DNA of 64,000 nt from an uncultured Eubacteriales bacterium (lineage in GTDB: Bacteria; Bacillota; Clostridia; Lachnospirales; Lachnospiraceae), in the NCBI GenBank assembly GCA_900321855.1, contig ONXS01000002.1, positions 5,177-69,176 of the forward strand. The letters run 5' to 3'. Every line of letters starts with the position of its first letter. Within the stretch, counting starts at the first letter, position 1. This document shows positions 60,209 through 64,000 of the stretch, piece after piece. The notes under the pieces were generated by a model. The model had not been told where the DNA came from. It worked only from the letters and a program-made list of their open reading frames with translations, and searched no databases. The position numbers and the translations under genes were made by a program.

Positions 60209-63200
60209 ATGAGATCAAAGAACATGAAAAAACGAATGTTCAGCGGTTTTCTTGCTATGACAATGGTGAGCACACTTGGAATGAATTTTACAGGTATGCA
60301 AAAGCCGGTAGTAGCAGAGGCGAGCGCAGCAGACTACGGTCTGGCGGACAAGTGTGAAGATGGTAATATCTTACACTGTTTTAACTGGAAGTTGAATGAC
60401 ATCAAGGCAATGCTTCCAGAGATTGCACAGGCAGGATTTACATCCGTTCAGACATCACCACTTCAGCCACATGATGCAAGTGGACAGTGGTACTGGTTAT
60501 ATCAGCCAACATATTTCACAGCCGGCAATGATTTGGGTTCTAAAGAGGATTTAAGAGCATTATGTACAGAGGCTGATAAGTATGGCATTAAGATTATTGT
60601 CGATGTGGTGGCAAACCATTTGGCAGGTAATCATCAAAATATTGATCCGGAATTAAAAAATAATAGTTTTTATCATAATTCAGGATTTAACAGTGACAAT
60701 ACAGACTGGAATAACAGATGGCAGGTAACACACTGTGATATCGGTATGCCTGACCTCGTATCAGAGAATTCATTTGTACAGCAGAAAGTAAGAAATTACA
60801 TTCAGGAACTAAAAGGTCTTGGTGTAGATGGATTACGTTTTGATGCAGCAAAACATATTGGAGTTCCAAGTGAAGGCTGTGATTTCTGGCCAAATGTACT
60901 TGATAGTGAAATGTATAACTATGGTGAAATTCTTGACAGCCCTGGTGGAGATGGCGCTGCCGTTATGAAAGAATACACCAAGTATATGGGAGTTACAGAC
61001 AGCCAGTATGGAAATAATATTACAAGAGATATTAGAGACGGAAAGATGTCTGACTTATCAGGAGCCGGTATAGGTGACGGTGGTTGGGTCAGCAAAGGAA
61101 GTCCTACAAACAGAATGGTATATTGGGCAGAGAGTCACGATACCTTCTGTAACAACGGATGGACAAGATTTTTAAGTGAGAGTATCATTGACAGAAGTTA
61201 TGCAGTATCTGCCTCAAGAGCAAACTCACAGGGACTTTACCTCTCAAGACCTTCAGAGAAAGAACATACAAGAATCATGTATGGACTGAAAGGTTCTACA
61301 CATTTTACATCAAAAGAGATAGCAGCAGTTAACCATTTACACAATGCAATGGTTGGACAGAAAGAATACTTAGTGACAGAGAGTAACTGTGACGTAGTAG
61401 TTCGTGGTAACGGTTCCACTGTCGGCGGAGCTACACTTGTAAATGTAAATGGTGGCTCAAAACAGGTATCTGTTAAGAATGGTGGTAGCTTAATTCCAGC
61501 AGGTACATACAAAGATGAGGTTTCTGGAAATACATTCACAGTAACATCATCAACAATCTCAGGACAGATTGGAGATACCGGTATTGCAGTTATCTACACA
61601 GCAGCAACACCTCAGTCGGGAATTTCTGCATCTTTAAAGAGCGGAAGTAAGATTTCAGGAACTGCAACAGTTACATTAAATGCTAAGAATGTAACAAACG
61701 CAAGATACACAACATCTGAGGGAGATTCAGGAAGTTTCACAGATGGACAGAAGATTACACTTGGCGCATCTACTCCAGAAGGCTCAAGTGTAACACTTAC
61801 ATTGACAGCAACATCAAATGATGGACAGTCATTGAAAGAGACATATACATACTCGACAGCAAAAGGCCGTGTAAAACCTACATTAAACGGTGCAGGATTT
61901 ATCTACGATAACAGCCAGACAAACTGGTCAACAGTTACAGCCTATGTATATGATGAATCATCAGGAACAGCAACAACAAATGGCTCATGGCCGGGTGTAA
62001 ATATGAAAGATGCCGGAGATGACTACTTTGTATATGAACTTGATTCGAAGTTCTCAAATCCAAGCAATGTAAGAGTAATCTTCAGCAACAGCGGTGCGAA
62101 CCAGAATCCGGGAGCACAGCAGCTGGGATTCCAGATGACATCAGATACAATGATTTATGAGAATGGTTCATGGTCAGAGTATTCAAATCCAGTGACAAAC
62201 GGAACAGTAGTTGTAAACTATCAGGATGCTTCTGGTAAGAAACTTGCAGAGTCAGTGACATACACAGGAAAAGTTGGTGAGTCTTACACAACAACAGCAG
62301 TATCTGTTTCTGGATACACATTAAGTTCTACACCAGCAAATGCAACAGGTAAGTTCGCAGCAGGAACAACAACAGTTACATATGTATATAATAAGAACGC
62401 ATCAAATGATCCAGTTGTAAATACTTCACTTGCAAGTGGAAGTTCATTCTCAACAGAGACAGCAGTTACAACTCTTTCATTAGAGAACGCAGTAAAGGGT
62501 ACATATTCTGTAGATAACGGACCAGTAAAAGAATTTACAGGTACAGCAAAAGTAACATTAGGTAGAGGTAAAGTTGCTGACAGCACAGTAACAGTAAAAG
62601 CAACAGCAACATCTGCTGCAGGCGCAACAAAAGAATATACATTTACTTATAATAAGAAATATGAAGTAAAATCTTCTGTACAGTCAGTAACAACATACAA
62701 TGCAGCAAGCAATTCATCACTTGCAAGCTATTATTCAACAAACAAAGCAGGATTTGGTGCAAATAAGACAATTACAGTTGACGGAGATATTTCAGACTGG
62801 GATAGTTCAATGATTATCGCACAGGGTACAGCAAACGATGACCCTCGTGTATACAGACCAAATTCAATGTATGAAGTTCCACTTGATCTTTATACATTAT
62901 ATGCAGCTTATGATGACAACAATGTATATCTCATGTGGGAGATGACAAATGTTCAGGACGTTGTAGCACCGGGCGATGATTATCCATTATCACAGGGTGT
63001 CCTTTACAACACAATGAATATTCCTTTCTTCATTGCAATCAACACAAATAAATCAGCAGATGCAATCGGAAACAAAGGACAGTTAGCAACAAGCGGAACA
63101 ATCTGGGGTTCAGGAATTACATTTGAGAACAGCTTTAACAGATTAATCGCAATTTCAACAAATGGAGCAAACGGACCATATGTATATGCAGGCTCAAGTG

Positions 63201-64000
63201 CAGGATTAGATGCAACAGAGAAATATGGACCAGTTGCAAACGCAGCAAAGAATATTCAGAAATCAGGTATCCAGTTCAAATATGGAATGGGTATTAAGAG
63301 TACACAGGTATGGGGACTTGACGGAGCTTATGGTGAGACAAGTTCAACAAATCCAAGAACAGTTGGAGATATGTGCAACGAGAATGGCAAATGGGTTGAC
63401 TTCAATACAAAGGGTCACAAGAGTGCAACAATGGATTTCCACTATGAGATGTCTATTCCACTTTCAGAACTTGGCATTACAAAATCAGATATCGTAAACA
63501 ATGGTATCGGAGCAATGGTTATCATGACAAGTGGTAAGTCTGGTATGGACTGTCTTCCATATGACCTCGCTATGAATGATCAGGCTGACCTTGATGATTC
63601 AGCAGGCTCACAGGAGAACAACAGTTTTGAGAAATCAGATGAGGATCACATTACAGCAGCATTTGCAGGAATTGGAAAAGGCGGAGCAACACCTCCACCA
63701 GTGGTAGTAACAACACCATTACAGGTAAACTTCGGTGCAGACAGATCTGCTCCACAGTCAGCAAACACAGCTCTTAAATTATCAGCAGTTGGATACGGTG
63801 GAACAGCACCTTACACATATGAGTTTAAGGTTGATGGAACTACAGTAAAAGCAAACAATAGTACAACAACAGCAAACTGGACAGCAACAGCAGGTGAGCA
63901 CACATTAACATGTATCATCAAAGATGCTAAGGGAAGTACAGCTACAGTTAACAAAGGATATACAGTAGAAGGAAAAGTTGTAAATGATTTATCTGTTTCA
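60209..64000 (+). CDS. Multimodular extracellular alpha-amylase (GH13, AmyE/GH13_28-like; CBM26, MucBP-like, CBM74, Ig-like), 3'-truncated by the window; absent from ORF track
   Basis: ATG 60209 after AAGGAG; same frame at every point checked up to 64000 (1264 codons); ILHCFNW, DVVANH, GLRFDAAKH, YGEILD, WAESHD; AYVYDE..NGSWPG; TITVDGDISDW..IAQGTANDDPRVY. Confidence 0.92.
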   Translation, partial: MRSKNMKKRMFSGFLAMTMVSTLGMNFTGMQKPVVAEASAADYGLADKCEDGNILHCFNWKLNDIKAMLPEIAQAGFTSVQTSPLQPHDASGQWYWLYQPTYFTAGNDLGSKEDLRALCTEADKYGIKIIVDVVANHLAGNHQNIDPELKNNSFYHNSGFNSDNTDWNNRWQVTHCDIGMPDLVSENSFVQQKVRNYIQELKGLGVDGLRFDAAKHIGVPSEGCDFWPNVLDSEMYNYGEILDSPGGDGAAVMKEYTKYMGVTDSQYGNNITRDIRDGKMSDLSGAGIGDGGWVSKGSPTNRMVYWAESHDTFCNNGWTRFLSESIIDRSYAVSASRANSQGLYLSRPSEKEHTRIMYGLKGSTHFTSKEIAAVNHLHNAMVGQKEYLVTESNCDVVVRGNGSTVGGATLVNVNGGSKQVSVKNGGSLIPAGTYKDEVSGNTFTVTSSTISGQIGDTGIAVIYTAATPQSGISASLKSGSKISGTATVTLNAKNVTNARYTTSEGDSGSFTDGQKITLGASTPEGSSVTLTLTATSNDGQSLKETYTYSTAKGRVKPTLNGAGFIYDNSQTNWSTVTAYVYDESSGTATTNGSWPGVNMKDAGDDYFVYELDSKFSNPSNVRVIFSNSGANQNPGAQQLGFQMTSDTMIYENGSWSEYSNPVTNGTVVVNYQDASGKKLAESVTYTGKVGESYTTTAVSVSGYTLSSTPANATGKFAAGTTTVTYVYNKNASNDPVVNTSLASGSSFSTETAVTTLSLENAVKGTYSVDNGPVKEFTGTAKVTLGRGKVADSTVTVKATATSAAGATKEYTFTYNKKYEVKSSVQSVTTYNAASNSSLASYYSTNKAGFGANKTITVDGDISDWDSSMIIAQGTANDDPRVYRPNSMYEVPLDLYTLYAAYDDNNVYLMWEMTNVQDVVAPGDDYPLSQGVLYNTMNIPFFIAINTNKSADAIGNKGQLATSGTIWGSGITFENSFNRLIAISTNGANGPYVYAGSSAGLDATEKYGPVANAAKNIQKSGIQFKYGMGIKSTQVWGLDGAYGETSSTNPRTVGDMCNENGKWVDFNTKGHKSATMDFHYEMSIPLSELGITKSDIVNNGIGAMVIMTSGKSGMDCLPYDLAMNDQADLDDSAGSQENNSFEKSDEDHITAAFAGIGKGGATPPPVVVTTPLQVNFGADRSAPQSANTALKLSAVGYGGTAPYTYEFKVDGTTVKANNSTTTANWTATAGEHTLTCIIKDAKGSTATVNKGYTVEGKVVNDLSVS

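Noticed and set aside
60049-63497. Short track ORFs over the right end (60049-60357, 61237-61539, 62284-62586, 63210-63497 and others)
   Set aside because: Shadow frames of the long amylase gene starting at 60209

Overview
AT-rich chromosomal core region of a spore-forming, Lachnospiraceae-like clostridial bacterium (taxon inferred from gene content and protein style). It is probably on the origin-proximal arm, since rpsF-ssb-rpsR, gdpP-rplI-dnaB and the atp operon all lie on the + strand. No integrase, transposase, prophage or CRISPR array was seen. Contents: tRNA-Cys; a TetR / MMPL(RND) / heptad-repeat stalk-protein locus; ribosomal and replication genes; a Na+-type F1Fo ATP synthase operon; a YtrA-type ABC operon; sporulation genes (cwlD-like, SipL-like, gerA, gerB-C fusion, spoIIR); dnaD-dnaC behind a DnaA-box cluster; murC, plsC, ugd; and two genes missing from the ORF track (a 56-aa 2[4Fe-4S] ferredoxin and a >1264-aa GH13/CBM26/CBM74 amylase running off the right edge). 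Best leads: (1) a 19-bp operator present twice at the TetR-MMPL promoter recurs (18/19 identical) just after the promoter of the Na+-ATP synthase structural genes, suggesting one repressor couples an export machine to bioenergetics; (2) a trigger-factor-like lipoprotein that is circularly permuted inside its FKBP domain; (3) an MMPL partner with five 31-aa and five 29-aa repeats on the two arms of a predicted antiparallel stalk; (4) unannotated structured RNAs (mecA-GH18 intergenic region and atpB-atpE spacer); (5) a CBM74 resistant-starch-type amylase. All family assignments are from motif recognition by eye; no database searches were run.
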